Part shown: in pieces, positions 10,019-19,991 of the stretch
Position numbering within the stretch: position 1 is the stretch's first letter
Layout: every line of letters begins with the position of its first letter
Source of the DNA: Leptolyngbyaceae cyanobacterium
Lineage (GTDB): Bacteria > Cyanobacteriota > Cyanobacteriia > Phormidesmidales > Phormidesmidaceae
Direction of reading: 5' to 3'
DNA: 64,000 bases
Assembly (NCBI GenBank): GCA_965263355.1
Contig: CBDHHL010000032.1
Span: 1,440,001 to 1,504,000, forward strand
The notes under the pieces: generated by a model
What the model was told of the DNA's origin: nothing
The model's input: the letters and a program-made list of their open reading frames with translations, nothing else
Database searches by the model: none
Program-made: the position numbers and the translations under genes

Positions 10019-10258
10019 CTATTCAAAATGCTCTTCATCTGTTTCCAAAAATTCTGTATGTAATTGACAAAAATCAGCAATATTGTGACTATAGAGCACT
10101 CGATCTTGTTCTGTTGCCAATCTCAGTTGTTCCTTATCAAGTAGTCCAGCCGTATCTGTTTCATTAACAGTTATCACATCAATATTACGAGCCCGCAATG
10201 CACGGACCAACGCTTGATCCATCGAATCTTCGTCGATGTAAAAACGAATTTGACTCAT
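10019..10258 (-). pseudogene. DUF5615 PIN-like toxin, probably C-terminally truncated
   Basis: FYIDED..LRARNIDV..D.EQL..A..QDRVLYSHN..DF motifs; stops at 79 aa where the family normally continues; overlaps the DUF433 stop codon. Confidence 0.65.
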
Positions 10259-10547
10259 GCTTGAAAACCTGTGAATTGAGCCTCAAGCCTTTTAGCCGCC
10301 TCTGCTTGAGCAGCTAAATCATCTTCAATTTCCTGAGTGTTAGCATGATAATAGGTTAGCGCTCCATAGACCTCTGCTAACGATAAGTGACCAAATTGCG
10401 ATGCAATTTCCTCTGCATTAAGCCCCTTTTTATACCAAAAAGCAATTTTACAAACCATCACTCCTTTACCGCTAATATGAGGCTTACCACCATGTAAACC
10501 AGGTGTTCGAGTAATTAGCGTAGAAATTCAACAAGTGCAGCAACCAT
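10255..10547 (-). pseudogene. DUF433 antitoxin-like gene with a frameshift near the 5' end
   Basis: ATG at 10547 (MVAALVE) is out of frame with ISTLITRTPGLHGGKPHISGKGV..EEIASQFGHLSLAEVYGALTYY, which has an in-frame TGA just upstream. Confidence 0.75.
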
Positions 10548-10716
10548 AAGCTTTACTCTTGGTAGGGCCTAGTATTATATCAGGTTGGACCATGCATTTC
10601 TTCTGCTAAAAAATTAGCTCTAAATTCTAGTAGTTTAATCAGAGAAAAGCCGTTAAGGAGTGGGGCGGCAGCTACTTGGATGATCTCATTGCTGCGACAG
10701 CTTATCTAATAGACAA

Positions 10717-11820
10717 TTAGTTGCCACCTGTACTCTTAAGCCACTGATTTTTAGTCTGATCCAGTTGAGATTGACTCAGGGGAAATAACCCCACCTCTGA
10801 AATCACGTCAGGCATCTCTTTCAAATAAAAAGTCACGACAGCTTTGGTGGGGGTACCCGGTGATAACTGTTTTTGATCCACATACAAGAACAAAGATTGA
10901 ACCAATGGATACGCATTACTGTTAACCGTGTCTAAACTGGCGCTAATGCCATTAATAGGAATCGCCTTAAATGTTTGGGTAAAGCTCCCATGGATAGAGC
11001 CATTAATAAAGGCCATACCATTTGGCCGATTGCTGAGTCTTTGCACCATCGGTTCTGGATAGTCATAAAAGGTGGTACCGGGAGCATTGAGTAAAACAGC
11101 CCCATCTTCCGAAAACAGTTTTTGCGTGAGCAATGCAACTGTTGAGGAATTAGGACCAATCATGGCCCGTTCAATCGGTGCATTGGGCCAGCTTGGGTCA
11201 ACCTCTGACCAGGTTTGACGGGTAAGAATAGTTTTCAATTTTTCTAGATTGACCCCCCGCACAAAGTCATTTTGTTTGTTGACTACCACTAGTAACGGAT
11301 CTTTACCAATGGCCAGCCCTAGAGGCTGACGTCCCTTACCTTGGCAGGCATTGATTTCTGCCTCAGTCATGGCCCGGTTAACGGTTAAAAAATTAATCGT
11401 CGGATTTTGACAAAATTGTTGAATAGCAGCCCCTGCTTTTAGTGCATTGATATCCAGCACACCACTGTAACCTGCCTGAATCAGTTGCTGATACATTTGT
11501 TCATTAAAGGCCTCCATTGTCGGCGTGCTGGCCATGGTCAAATCTCCCCGGATAGCTAAGGGCGCATCTTCAGGGAGAGTGATAGAGCCTTGGGCAACGG
11601 ATGCTGCTTGCTGGAGACGGCTATTGGTAAGACTGGCTAAATTAGGATCAATCAGCGGCTCGACTTCATTAACGGCCTGTCTAAACTGGGCATAGGGATT
11701 GTTGGGATTTTCCTCTGGTTGTGAGACAGCGGGTGGGGCAATTGGGGCACACCCTGCTGCTAAACCAACCATAATGAGCCCACCTAAGGATTGCCACAAT
11801 TGCTTGAATTTATAGAACAT
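10717..11820 (-). CDS. PstS-family (PBP) substrate-binding lipoprotein
   Basis: LAAGC lipobox; IGKDPLLVVVN, WSEVDPSWP, YPLVQSLFLYV; phosphate-ligand motifs look divergent. Confidence 0.75.
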   Translation of the reverse strand: MFYKFKQLWQSLGGLIMVGLAAGCAPIAPPAVSQPEENPNNPYAQFRQAVNEVEPLIDPNLASLTNSRLQQAASVAQGSITLPEDAPLAIRGDLTMASTPTMEAFNEQMYQQLIQAGYSGVLDINALKAGAAIQQFCQNPTINFLTVNRAMTEAEINACQGKGRQPLGLAIGKDPLLVVVNKQNDFVRGVNLEKLKTILTRQTWSEVDPSWPNAPIERAMIGPNSSTVALLTQKLFSEDGAVLLNAPGTTFYDYPEPMVQRLSNRPNGMAFINGSIHGSFTQTFKAIPINGISASLDTVNSNAYPLVQSLFLYVDQKQLSPGTPTKAVVTFYLKEMPDVISEVGLFPLSQSQLDQTKNQWLKSTGGN

Positions 11821-11827
11821 GGGGTGA

Positions 11828-12940
11828 TCAATCCTGGTGCACAGGAGCCGACTGAGAAATTGGCTGAAAGTCTGTTTTTACTCGGAGAATACCTTTGGCT
11901 AAACGCCCCAGACTATTCTTTTGGTTGGCGTAGTTAGCCAGGTCGGACACAGCCCAGGATGTTTTTGCATCTTGACGAGGACTGAGAATATGATTCAAAG
12001 CGGTCGCCATGGTCTCAACCTGATCGTAGCTTTGGGTCAAGGTGACTTGAGTCTGACGTTTCTGATACTGCAACCAGAGAATGCCACCAATAAGCAATAG
12101 TAAAAACCAAGTGTACATTAGCAAGCGATAGACTCTAGTATTTGCTAATGCCAGACGATAGCTGGCTTCCAAGGTGCTGGCGATGGGGGCAGTTGAGATA
12201 TCTAAAGGCTTTAGCAGCTGTGCGGTAACGTCTTCAATGAGAGGTTTTGCATTATAAATAATATTGGCATGGGATTGAACTAACTGTAAGGGTAGGTCTG
12301 CCTCTGAAATTTCCAGGGTATTTTGGAGTTGATTGAGTGTTTGCAACAGCGTCTGTAGTCTTGTAGAAAGCGCTTCGTCAGTGGTTGTCGTAAACAACAA
12401 TAAATTGCGGATGAGCTGGTTAAGCGTATTGTCTAAAACAGCGACTTTGTCAGCATCCAGGGCTTCTTTTAGTTTGGGGGTTTGCAGTTTCTCATCCAGC
12501 TGATCGCTCAAGAAGGGTAAATAGCGTAAGGAATTTTTTAATAGTGCATTGCGGGCTTTAAACCATTCGCTGACACTCTCTTTTTGCTCTAATGATGCTT
12601 GACGATTCTCTAGAAAACTATGAATCTGTTGCTGATCGCTAGCCTTAACAAAGCTAGGAATAGTTTTGAGGGAGGCCAGCACCTCCCCCTGTTCCACCAG
12701 GTTGTTTACAATGGGATCGTAATAGGCAAAGAGTTCATAGCGGGCTCGCAAGACTTCCTGGTAGAAGTTAGCCTCTAGCTCGCTGAGGCGGATGACCTTG
12801 TCCCGGTACTGCTGATACTGCTGGAAGGAAACCGGCAGACTTCTATAGATGAGCAACCCGGAAATTAGGAGAATGAATATGGCGTTTACAACCCCAAGTA
12901 CCTGCATCCACCGTTTCTTAAAAAGACGAGACTGCACCAT
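11828..12940 (-). CDS. DAHL-domain membrane protein without a kinase or cyclase output domain
   Basis: TM-periplasmic-TM layout; YDPIV and FKARNALLKNSLRYLP motifs typical of DAHL; short cytoplasmic tail. Confidence 0.75.
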   Translation of the reverse strand: MVQSRLFKKRWMQVLGVVNAIFILLISGLLIYRSLPVSFQQYQQYRDKVIRLSELEANFYQEVLRARYELFAYYDPIVNNLVEQGEVLASLKTIPSFVKASDQQQIHSFLENRQASLEQKESVSEWFKARNALLKNSLRYLPFLSDQLDEKLQTPKLKEALDADKVAVLDNTLNQLIRNLLLFTTTTDEALSTRLQTLLQTLNQLQNTLEISEADLPLQLVQSHANIIYNAKPLIEDVTAQLLKPLDISTAPIASTLEASYRLALANTRVYRLLMYTWFLLLLIGGILWLQYQKRQTQVTLTQSYDQVETMATALNHILSPRQDAKTSWAVSDLANYANQKNSLGRLAKGILRVKTDFQPISQSAPVHQD

Positions 12941-12944
12941 GGCT

Positions 12945-14000
12945 CTACTCCTGAATTTCGCCCGTCAATGACTGTAAAAACTGCATGATCAAGTCCACAT
13001 CGGCTTGGGGAATATCCACACCCAACTGGTATTTGCCCATAAGTTTAATGGCTTGGTCCAATGTTTGGGGATTGCCATCATGGAAGTAAGGTGAGGTAAG
13101 TGTGACATTGCGCAGTGTAGGCACCTTGAACACATGCTTATCTAGCTCGTTGTTGGTAACGTTGTAGCGCCCCAGATCAGCCTTAGTAATGGGTGAGCCT
13201 CGATCGGCAAAATAGTCTCCAAAAATGCCCAGGGTTTGGAACATGTTGCCGCCCACTAACATGCCCTGGTGACAGCTGACACAGCCGTAGGCCTTAAAGA
13301 GATCGTACCCCTGCTTGGCCTCCTGGGAAATGGCATCTTTTTGACCACGTAGGTATTGGTCAAAGGGGGCATTGGGGGTGTACAGAGAGCGTTGGAAGGT
13401 TGCGATCGCATCGCGAATATTGTCCGGCGTAATCCCATCACTGTAAGCCTGGGAAAAACTCTCCCGATAGTCTGATGACGTGCCTACTTTAGTCATCACA
13501 TCTTGCCAGGTCATACCTCCCATTTCGCCCACCTTGGAAATGGGGCCATTGATCTGTTCTTCTAGGGTGGCAGCACTCCCATCCCAATTCAGTCGGTGCA
13601 TAAAGCCGGTGTTTAATACCGTCGGCGAATTGAGGCCTGTATTCCCCCCGGCCATACCAATGGAAATGGGCTTACGATCAGTACCCCCCTTATCCAGAGA
13701 ATGGCATGTAGCACAGGACACCGTATTGTCAGCCGATAGTCGAGGATCGTGGAAAAGCTCATCACCCAGCTGTACCCTGTTGGGATCTAACTCTCCCTTC
13801 AATGTCAACGGAATTGGCTGAATCGGCTCAGCTAATAGGATCTCAGCTGCGACAGCAGCATCGGATACATCAGCAGCGGGACGTTGCCAAAAACGCGTTA
13901 TGCCAAACGCGGCTAAAATCGCCAAACAAAATAAAACCCCTAATGTGGCTACTTTTTTAAATCGATTTGACGTTCGTAAAGACCAGAGTTTTGAAATCAT
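12945..14000 (-). CDS. Di-heme cytochrome c peroxidase (CCP/MauG family)
   Basis: Two CxxCH motifs (CATCH, CVSCH), NSPTVLN, FKVPTLRNV, PYFHDG; N-terminal anchor. Confidence 0.92.
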   Translation of the reverse strand: MISKLWSLRTSNRFKKVATLGVLFCLAILAAFGITRFWQRPAADVSDAAVAAEILLAEPIQPIPLTLKGELDPNRVQLGDELFHDPRLSADNTVSCATCHSLDKGGTDRKPISIGMAGGNTGLNSPTVLNTGFMHRLNWDGSAATLEEQINGPISKVGEMGGMTWQDVMTKVGTSSDYRESFSQAYSDGITPDNIRDAIATFQRSLYTPNAPFDQYLRGQKDAISQEAKQGYDLFKAYGCVSCHQGMLVGGNMFQTLGIFGDYFADRGSPITKADLGRYNVTNNELDKHVFKVPTLRNVTLTSPYFHDGNPQTLDQAIKLMGKYQLGVDIPQADVDLIMQFLQSLTGEIQE

Positions 14001-14292
14001 AAGGAAACACGCCTAAATCAAATACTTACTCATTAATCCGCAATTCTAGCAATCCTCAGTTTGCTAGGGATTTTCTTCAATTTATTGAAGAAAGAAAGAA
14101 GCTAACGCAAAGTGTCAAAAGTATGGGTGAACAGGTGCATAGTCAATCTGCTCTTAGTAATGGCCATCAAGCCGTCTCCCGTACATATAAGTAAAGGCCT
14201 ACACGTTACAGGCTCGACCTGATCGCATAGAGTATGTTACCAACTTGTTGAATAATCGATGTTGAAAGGGCGAAAACGTTATCTCCCCATGG

Positions 14293-14634
14293 TCAAACGT
14301 CATCCCAGTACTTATATTTACCAGCATCAAGCTGAGCCTGCCATTGGTCTTGTTCTTTTATCAGAAAATCTAACTTTTCTAAGTCTCCTAACTTCTCTCT
14401 TCGCCAAATCTCACGCTGGAGCCAGCCTAATCTGATCCGAACATAGTAAGCGTCATAGATATCTTGAAAGCCAAATTTATGGTGCCACTGTCGGCTCCCT
14501 TGGTTGCAGATGTGATACGTGCTAAAGAGTTCGTTGAAGTTGGCCGATCGCAGATGATCAATTCCGGAGAGCACCATAGCGGTAGCCATACCCCGTCTTT
14601 GAAATAAGGACATGGGAACGTTTCGTCGCTTCAT
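14293..14634 (-). CDS. Probable GNAT acetyltransferase C-terminal fragment
   Basis: Acetyl-CoA motif QRRGMAT and NQGSRQWHHKFGF; the N-terminal half appears absent. Confidence 0.45.
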   Translation of the reverse strand: MKRRNVPMSLFQRRGMATAMVLSGIDHLRSANFNELFSTYHICNQGSRQWHHKFGFQDIYDAYYVRIRLGWLQREIWRREKLGDLEKLDFLIKEQDQWQAQLDAGKYKYWDDV

Positions 14635-14708
14635 CGCGATACCCTGGACAAAATCAGGCCGATTTTACCGCAACCGCCAGTGACCTTATGCAATTGAATA
14701 CGTAGAGC

Positions 14709-15089
14709 CTATGCATCCTGATAAGCTCGCCAGCCACCAAATTCTGTAATTTCCTTTTTCCCTTCCACCGTCAACGGTTCGCCGATAACGCCTAAAACCT
14801 CTTCACCATCGTGGAGTTTAACCTTGCCAATGGCCAGACCGGGTGGTTCCTGAGAAAGAATGATACCCAAACCTGCCAGGGGGACCTGCCATACTTCAAC
14901 CGCCACAGCAACGCCCCCTGAGCTAACCTTGATCATAGCCGGATAGTTGTCGTCTATGGACCAGATGCGGTAGCTGGGTTCTGTTTTAGCGTCCCGTTCA
15001 AAAGTGGCGTTAACATTAAGGAGATTTGGGTTGAGGGCAAGTCCTCGCATCAGGGTGCCATTGACGGCAAGTTTTATGGTTTCAGTCAT
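14709..15089 (-). CDS. Allophanate hydrolase C-terminal-like (gamma-glutamylcyclotransferase-fold) protein
   Basis: LAVNGTLMRGLALN, VEVW, EPPGLAIGKVKL, EITEFGGWRAY. Confidence 0.8.
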   Translation of the reverse strand: MTETIKLAVNGTLMRGLALNPNLLNVNATFERDAKTEPSYRIWSIDDNYPAMIKVSSGGVAVAVEVWQVPLAGLGIILSQEPPGLAIGKVKLHDGEEVLGVIGEPLTVEGKKEITEFGGWRAYQDA

Positions 15090-15092
15090 GGG

Positions 15093-16040
15093 TTATTCCT
15101 CCTTTCCCAATGCTCCCGGCAACCCCACCAATGTTCTCTGCGGCGAGCATGTCACTACCATAATCAATAATGTCAAAATATACGGGGCCGCATTAAACAA
15201 ATAATAATAAGAATCCACACCCACTGACTGAAATGCTGGACCAATCGCTTGGGCTCCCCCAAACAACAAGGACGCCCACAGACACTGAATGGGATTCCAC
15301 CGGGCAAAAATGACCAGAGCCACCGCCATCAACCCCTGACCGCTGGAGATCCGCTCCGTCCAGACGCCTGGATAATAGAGCGACAGACAGGCCCCACCAA
15401 TGCCAGCTAAAAAGCTCCCGGCAACAATGCTAAACATGCGTACCTTAAAGGTGGAAATCCCCATGGCTCGGGCTGCCTCGGGACTATCGCCCACAGCTCG
15501 GATATATAACCCCCAGCGGGTATAGCGAAAGAACCAATGGAGGAGAGGCGCGATCGCAACCCCCAACAAAAACAATGGACTAATTTTCAACGCCGCCTGG
15601 ATCGGCGGGCTTGAACTCCAATTTCCCCAGTCAAAGGTAAACAGCTGGGGTGCCTGGGGTTGAATAAAGGGTTTGCCTAGGAAAAAGGCTAACCCACTGC
15701 CAAAAACAATCATAGCAATGCCAGTGGCCACATCATTTACCCGAGGCTGTTGGGATAACCAACCGTGAATAGCGCCCAGGGCCATGCCAGATAAGCCTGC
15801 TACTAGCACACCTAACCACGGTGCCCAAAAGGGGCCGACCAGATCTTGAGACAGATAGGACACTCCGTAGGCACTCATGGCCCCCATCAGGAGAGTACCT
15901 TCCAACCCCAGGTTGATCTTGCCACTTTTTTCCGTCAGGCATTCTCCTAGACTGACAAACAAAAATGGAGCACTGCCTCGTAATGTTCCGGCAATAATTC
16001 CTAATGGGATTCCCCATAGCCCTAATGATTCTGTTGCCAT
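15093..16040 (-). CDS. ABC transporter permease (BMP/nucleoside type)
   Basis: EKSGKINLGLEG, IRAVGDSPEAARAMGI, GQGLMAVALVIFARW; multiple TM helices. Confidence 0.9.
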   Translation of the reverse strand: MATESLGLWGIPLGIIAGTLRGSAPFLFVSLGECLTEKSGKINLGLEGTLLMGAMSAYGVSYLSQDLVGPFWAPWLGVLVAGLSGMALGAIHGWLSQQPRVNDVATGIAMIVFGSGLAFFLGKPFIQPQAPQLFTFDWGNWSSSPPIQAALKISPLFLLGVAIAPLLHWFFRYTRWGLYIRAVGDSPEAARAMGISTFKVRMFSIVAGSFLAGIGGACLSLYYPGVWTERISSGQGLMAVALVIFARWNPIQCLWASLLFGGAQAIGPAFQSVGVDSYYYLFNAAPYILTLLIMVVTCSPQRTLVGLPGALGKEE

Positions 16041-16098
16041 GGCTGATAATCACCCCCGTTATAAATCTGCGTTTCCTTTGTTCTTTTCGCTGCCCACC

Positions 16099-17178
16099 CT
16101 ACCTTTCTGTTTCTCTGAACCAGGGTAATTTGCCATAGAGCGAATCGCTAAACAACACACACAGAAAGACAATTCCTTGAAACACTAATACCGTCGCATC
16201 GGGTAAATCGTGGGACCGCTGGAGAATACCACCACTGGCGAGAATTCCACCGAGCAAAATCGCGACTAAAATGGTGGCCAGGGGATTGTGGCGAGATACA
16301 AAGGCGACTAAAATCCCGGCGTAACCGTAATTGGACACCAGTGATTCGTTAATTCTTTTTTGTACAGCGGCCACTTCGACCATGCCTGCTAAACCGGCGG
16401 CGGATCCGCCTAAAAAGCAAACGGCCATGGTCAGTTTGCCCACGGGGAGTCCGGCAATGCGGGCAGCGCGCACATTGCCGCCAGCGGTGCGGGCGGCGAA
16501 GCCAAAGGTGGTGCGCTGGATCAGGTAATAGGCGAGCACACACACGATCAGACCGTAAAACAGTCCAACGTGAATGCGGCTGCCGGGAATGGTGCCAAGC
16601 CAAATGCTGGGGTCGAGTTGGGCCGATGAGGGCTTGGTGACAAAGCTGGTGTCGCGCATGGGACCTTCGACCAGATGGTTCATCAGTGCGATCGCAATAT
16701 AGTTCAACAACAAACTACTGATCGTCTCATTTACCCCCCGATAGTGGCGTAACGCTCCTGCCAACATAATCCACAGACCACCCATGGCCATGCCCGCCAT
16801 GGCCATACTTACCTGAGCCATTAAGGTCGGTAGAGATGTGCCCACCCCCAAACCCACCACCACCGCTGCCAGTCCCCCCATAACGAGAGCCCCCTCATTA
16901 CCGATAATCACCAGTCCCAGACGAGCTGGCAACGCTGTGCACAGGGCAGTCAACATCAGGGGCGCAGCGCGGATTAATGTATTTTGCCAGGCACTCCAAC
17001 GACCAAAGGCGGCCTTATAAATCGAACCGTAAACAGCAAACGGATTCGCCCCCGCCAGGGCACAAAAACCCCCGAAAAGTATGAGTGCTACCAGTAGAGC
17101 GGCCACTGGCAACAAAATGGCTTCTAAGGATCTGCGCCAGAGGCCAGAAACAGAGCCCGGCTGAGAGAGACTGACCAT
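16099..17178 (-). CDS. ABC transporter permease (BMP/nucleoside type)
   Basis: IGNEGAL, VNETISSLLLNYIA, GGNVRAARIAG, YGYAGILVA. Confidence 0.9.
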   Translation of the reverse strand: MVSLSQPGSVSGLWRRSLEAILLPVAALLVALILFGGFCALAGANPFAVYGSIYKAAFGRWSAWQNTLIRAAPLMLTALCTALPARLGLVIIGNEGALVMGGLAAVVVGLGVGTSLPTLMAQVSMAMAGMAMGGLWIMLAGALRHYRGVNETISSLLLNYIAIALMNHLVEGPMRDTSFVTKPSSAQLDPSIWLGTIPGSRIHVGLFYGLIVCVLAYYLIQRTTFGFAARTAGGNVRAARIAGLPVGKLTMAVCFLGGSAAGLAGMVEVAAVQKRINESLVSNYGYAGILVAFVSRHNPLATILVAILLGGILASGGILQRSHDLPDATVLVFQGIVFLCVLFSDSLYGKLPWFRETER

Positions 17179-18371
17179 TAACCGTCGATGCTGCCCTTAA
17201 CACCCTCAATCAGCCAATCCATTTTCTCTAATTCAATGTTTTGCTGTTCGTACTTTTCACCAGCAGACAAGATCGCCTTGCCCGTATTGTCCTTGAGTTC
17301 GCCTTCGTAAATTACTAGCTCACCCTTGAGGATTTTCTCCTTCGCTGCCTCCGCATCTGCCTTGGCCTCTTCGGTAACCGCTGGACCGTAGGGAGAGAGC
17401 TTACAGAACTTATCTGCCAAACCACCGCGTAAAATATGATCGATATCACCCGCCATCAAGGTTTTACCCGCGACAAACTGTTCCCCCAAGAAGGTATAGA
17501 TACTAATCCAGTCCCACTCAGCCCCGGTCAGATAGCCCTTAGGGGCCAATGGCCCTTGATTCGCGTGATAGCCAGAGCTAAAGATACCGCGCTTTTCAGC
17601 GGTCTCCATCACCACCTTCGGACTGTCCACATGGCAGGTAACTACATCAATGCCCTGGTCGGCCATACTGTTGGTAGCTTCCGCTTCCTTTACTGGCAAT
17701 GCCCAATCCCCAGTGAAAATCACCTGGGTCGTTGCCGCTGGGTTAATCGATTTTGCCCCCAGGGTAAAGCTGTTGATATTCCGTAGTACCTGGGGAATGG
17801 GTTTAGCCGCGACAAATCCTAGTTTGCCTTCCTTAGACAGGTGACCAGCAACCACACCAGCAATGTATTGCGCTTCATCGATGTAGCCAAAGTAGCTGCC
17901 CACGTTATTGGGATGGACGCCATCCTGGTACAGGCCACCCGCGTGGAAAAACTGTACATCTGGGAATTCAGTGGCTAGCTCTAAAATGTAAGGATCAAAG
18001 TAACCAAACGAGGTAGGAAACAACACCTTAGCGCCATCAATTTCGATCATGCTGCGCATGGTTTCCAGTACGGCGGTGGTTTCAGGCACGCTAGCTTCTT
18101 CAAGAATTTTGATGCCAGGAACAGATGCCATCGCGGCAGCCCCTTCAGCATGGGCCTGGTTATAGCCAAAGTCATCCTTTGGTCCCACATAGATAAAACC
18201 GACGACGACATCACTCGTGGCTGCATCGGTGGGTTCTGCAGCACTCTCTGTGGATGCTGTGGGCGCTGGGGTACAGGCGTTTAACTTAGTAGCTGCGCCA
18301 AACGCTGTGGTCGCCAGCAGTCCACGGATGATTTGACGACGGGAAAACCCGAAGGAGCTGCGATGGGGCAT
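17178..18371 (-). CDS. BMP-family ABC substrate-binding protein (Tat-type signal)
   Basis: SRRQIIR signal, GFIYVGPKDDFGYNQAH, FPTSFGY, NINSFTLGA. Confidence 0.9.
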   Translation of the reverse strand: MPHRSSFGFSRRQIIRGLLATTAFGAATKLNACTPAPTASTESAAEPTDAATSDVVVGFIYVGPKDDFGYNQAHAEGAAAMASVPGIKILEEASVPETTAVLETMRSMIEIDGAKVLFPTSFGYFDPYILELATEFPDVQFFHAGGLYQDGVHPNNVGSYFGYIDEAQYIAGVVAGHLSKEGKLGFVAAKPIPQVLRNINSFTLGAKSINPAATTQVIFTGDWALPVKEAEATNSMADQGIDVVTCHVDSPKVVMETAEKRGIFSSGYHANQGPLAPKGYLTGAEWDWISIYTFLGEQFVAGKTLMAGDIDHILRGGLADKFCKLSPYGPAVTEEAKADAEAAKEKILKGELVIYEGELKDNTGKAILSAGEKYEQQNIELEKMDWLIEGVKGSIDG

Positions 18372-18437
18372 GGAATTTCTCCGACTAGCTGGGACTATGG
18401 ATCATTCCTTAGCATTGAGAAAACTATGCGGGTTTGT

Positions 18438-18453
18438 TGTATCTAATGTTGCA
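18438..18453 (-). promoter_or_regulatory. Possible NtcA site upstream of the BMP ABC operon
   Basis: TGTATCTAATGTTGCA is GTA-N8-TGC, one mismatch from GTA-N8-TAC; no clean -10 box found. Confidence 0.4.
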
Positions 18454-18570
18454 TTTCATGAAATAAAAATCGCTGGGCTCAGCCCCCCTTTCCCCTTTCC
18501 CCTCTCTCTAAGTCAGAATTCCGAATTCGGAATTCGGCAAGGGAGCGTATGCCGGACTCCGAATTTTGCA

Positions 18571-19965
18571 TCATTGAGGAAATTGTTCTGCTTTGCGTTG
18601 ATGCCCGCGAGGAACATAAAAACTGGCAATAATCGCCATGGACATCCACCAAAGGGTACTGACTTGGGGACGATACCAGACGGTATCCACAAGACCGTGG
18701 ACGAGCATGCCAGAACAGGTTGCGATCGCACCGATCATCCAATAGCCCTGTATATTCATATCCATCCGCAGTTGTCGTAACTGTTGCCACCCTTGATAGA
18801 ATGCCGTACCCAACAGCCACAAAAAGGCTGTAAACCCAATTATGCCAGCCTCTACCAGATGTTCTAGAAAAACGGAATAGGCACTGAGGGCCGTGTAATT
18901 AGGCCGCTGATAAAACGGATAGATTTTGTTAAAGGCTTCATTGCCAGGGCCAATGCCAAACACCGGTCGAGCCCGAACCATATCCATGGCCCCTTCCCAA
19001 ACGTTAATGCGAAAATTGTTGCTGCTGTCACCACGCCCTGCAAACATGGTCATCACCCGTTCGCGTACTGGGCCAACAAACAACACAGAAAAGAGCACTA
19101 AACCGGCCATCATCCCCAGTAGGGCGGGCAATGCCCAGCGTTTCCAAAACGGCGGAAATAACTCACTCCACCAATAAACCAACAATATTGCCAGCACAAA
19201 GAAAAGCCCCAACAGCCCTATCCAACCACCACGGCTATAGGTCAATACCAAACAGGCCAAATTGATAAAAAAAGCAACCGCAGCCAACGCCTTTGGTAAC
19301 CAGCGGGGCCAAACAAAAAAGGCACTAACGCTCAGGGCCACCGCAGGCATCAAATAGGCCGCCAGTAGATTGGGATTTTGTAAGTAGCTGTACACACGGG
19401 TGGCCCCTGACAGATTTGAGGTGGGGTCTACCCAAGTGGCCAGGGCCTCAGCCCCAAAGAAGTACTGACGCATACCGTAGACGGCAACGGGCAATGTGGC
19501 CAGAATGTAAGTTGTGACTAACCCCGTCCGCAGCTTTGGCTGCCGTAACACCCGTGCCAGCAGCATAAACAACAACAGATTCAAGGTGAGCTTGATCAAT
19601 CCCGAAATTGCTTCAGACTTCACTGGAGATAGGGCCGTAGCCAGGATCATCGTGCCCCAATACAGGGTGACCGCCAAGTGAATGGGGGTGAGCATACCAT
19701 TGGCGTCATCGCTGATCGTCAGTAACGCCCATAGAGCCGCACAGGCCATCAACAAAATACCGATCAGAGTGGTGGAGGTATAGGGGGAGAGGATCAGCAG
19801 TACTGCTATGATGGCAGCCCCGATCAGGTCACCATGGGGTAAAAGCCCACTCCCCTTGCGCCATTGGCGTAGGGGGGATAACAGTCGATGAATCAGACTT
19901 ACCTGTCGCCATTGGTGGAGTGCAAACTGGCCAAAGGTCAGGGTGCGAAGAACGCTATCAATCAT
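18571..19965 (-). CDS. ictB: IctB family membrane protein (O-antigen ligase-like)
   Basis: LATWVDP, TRVYSYLQNPNLLAAYL, TYSRGGW, RGDSSNNFRINVW, GIGPGNEAFNKIYP, DTVWYRPQV. Confidence 0.92.
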   Translation of the reverse strand: MIDSVLRTLTFGQFALHQWRQVSLIHRLLSPLRQWRKGSGLLPHGDLIGAAIIAVLLILSPYTSTTLIGILLMACAALWALLTISDDANGMLTPIHLAVTLYWGTMILATALSPVKSEAISGLIKLTLNLLLFMLLARVLRQPKLRTGLVTTYILATLPVAVYGMRQYFFGAEALATWVDPTSNLSGATRVYSYLQNPNLLAAYLMPAVALSVSAFFVWPRWLPKALAAVAFFINLACLVLTYSRGGWIGLLGLFFVLAILLVYWWSELFPPFWKRWALPALLGMMAGLVLFSVLFVGPVRERVMTMFAGRGDSSNNFRINVWEGAMDMVRARPVFGIGPGNEAFNKIYPFYQRPNYTALSAYSVFLEHLVEAGIIGFTAFLWLLGTAFYQGWQQLRQLRMDMNIQGYWMIGAIATCSGMLVHGLVDTVWYRPQVSTLWWMSMAIIASFYVPRGHQRKAEQFPQ

Positions 19966-19991
19966 TAGAGTACGCTTGAGACTGGGCTTGA

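Noticed and set aside
12945..14000. Di-heme protein as a MauG-like maturase for the LodA quinone cofactor
   Set aside because: LodA-type CTQ is made by the adjacent LodB flavoprotein; this gene is over 10 kb away in a DAHL operon
18370..18820. Track ORFs 18370-18780, 18479-18820 and 18513-18731
   Set aside because: They overlap ictB and the heptamer repeat or promoter region and show no protein-like features
18571..19965. ictB as a proven bicarbonate transporter
   Set aside because: The name is historical; the family is O-antigen-ligase-like and transport cannot be inferred from the sequence
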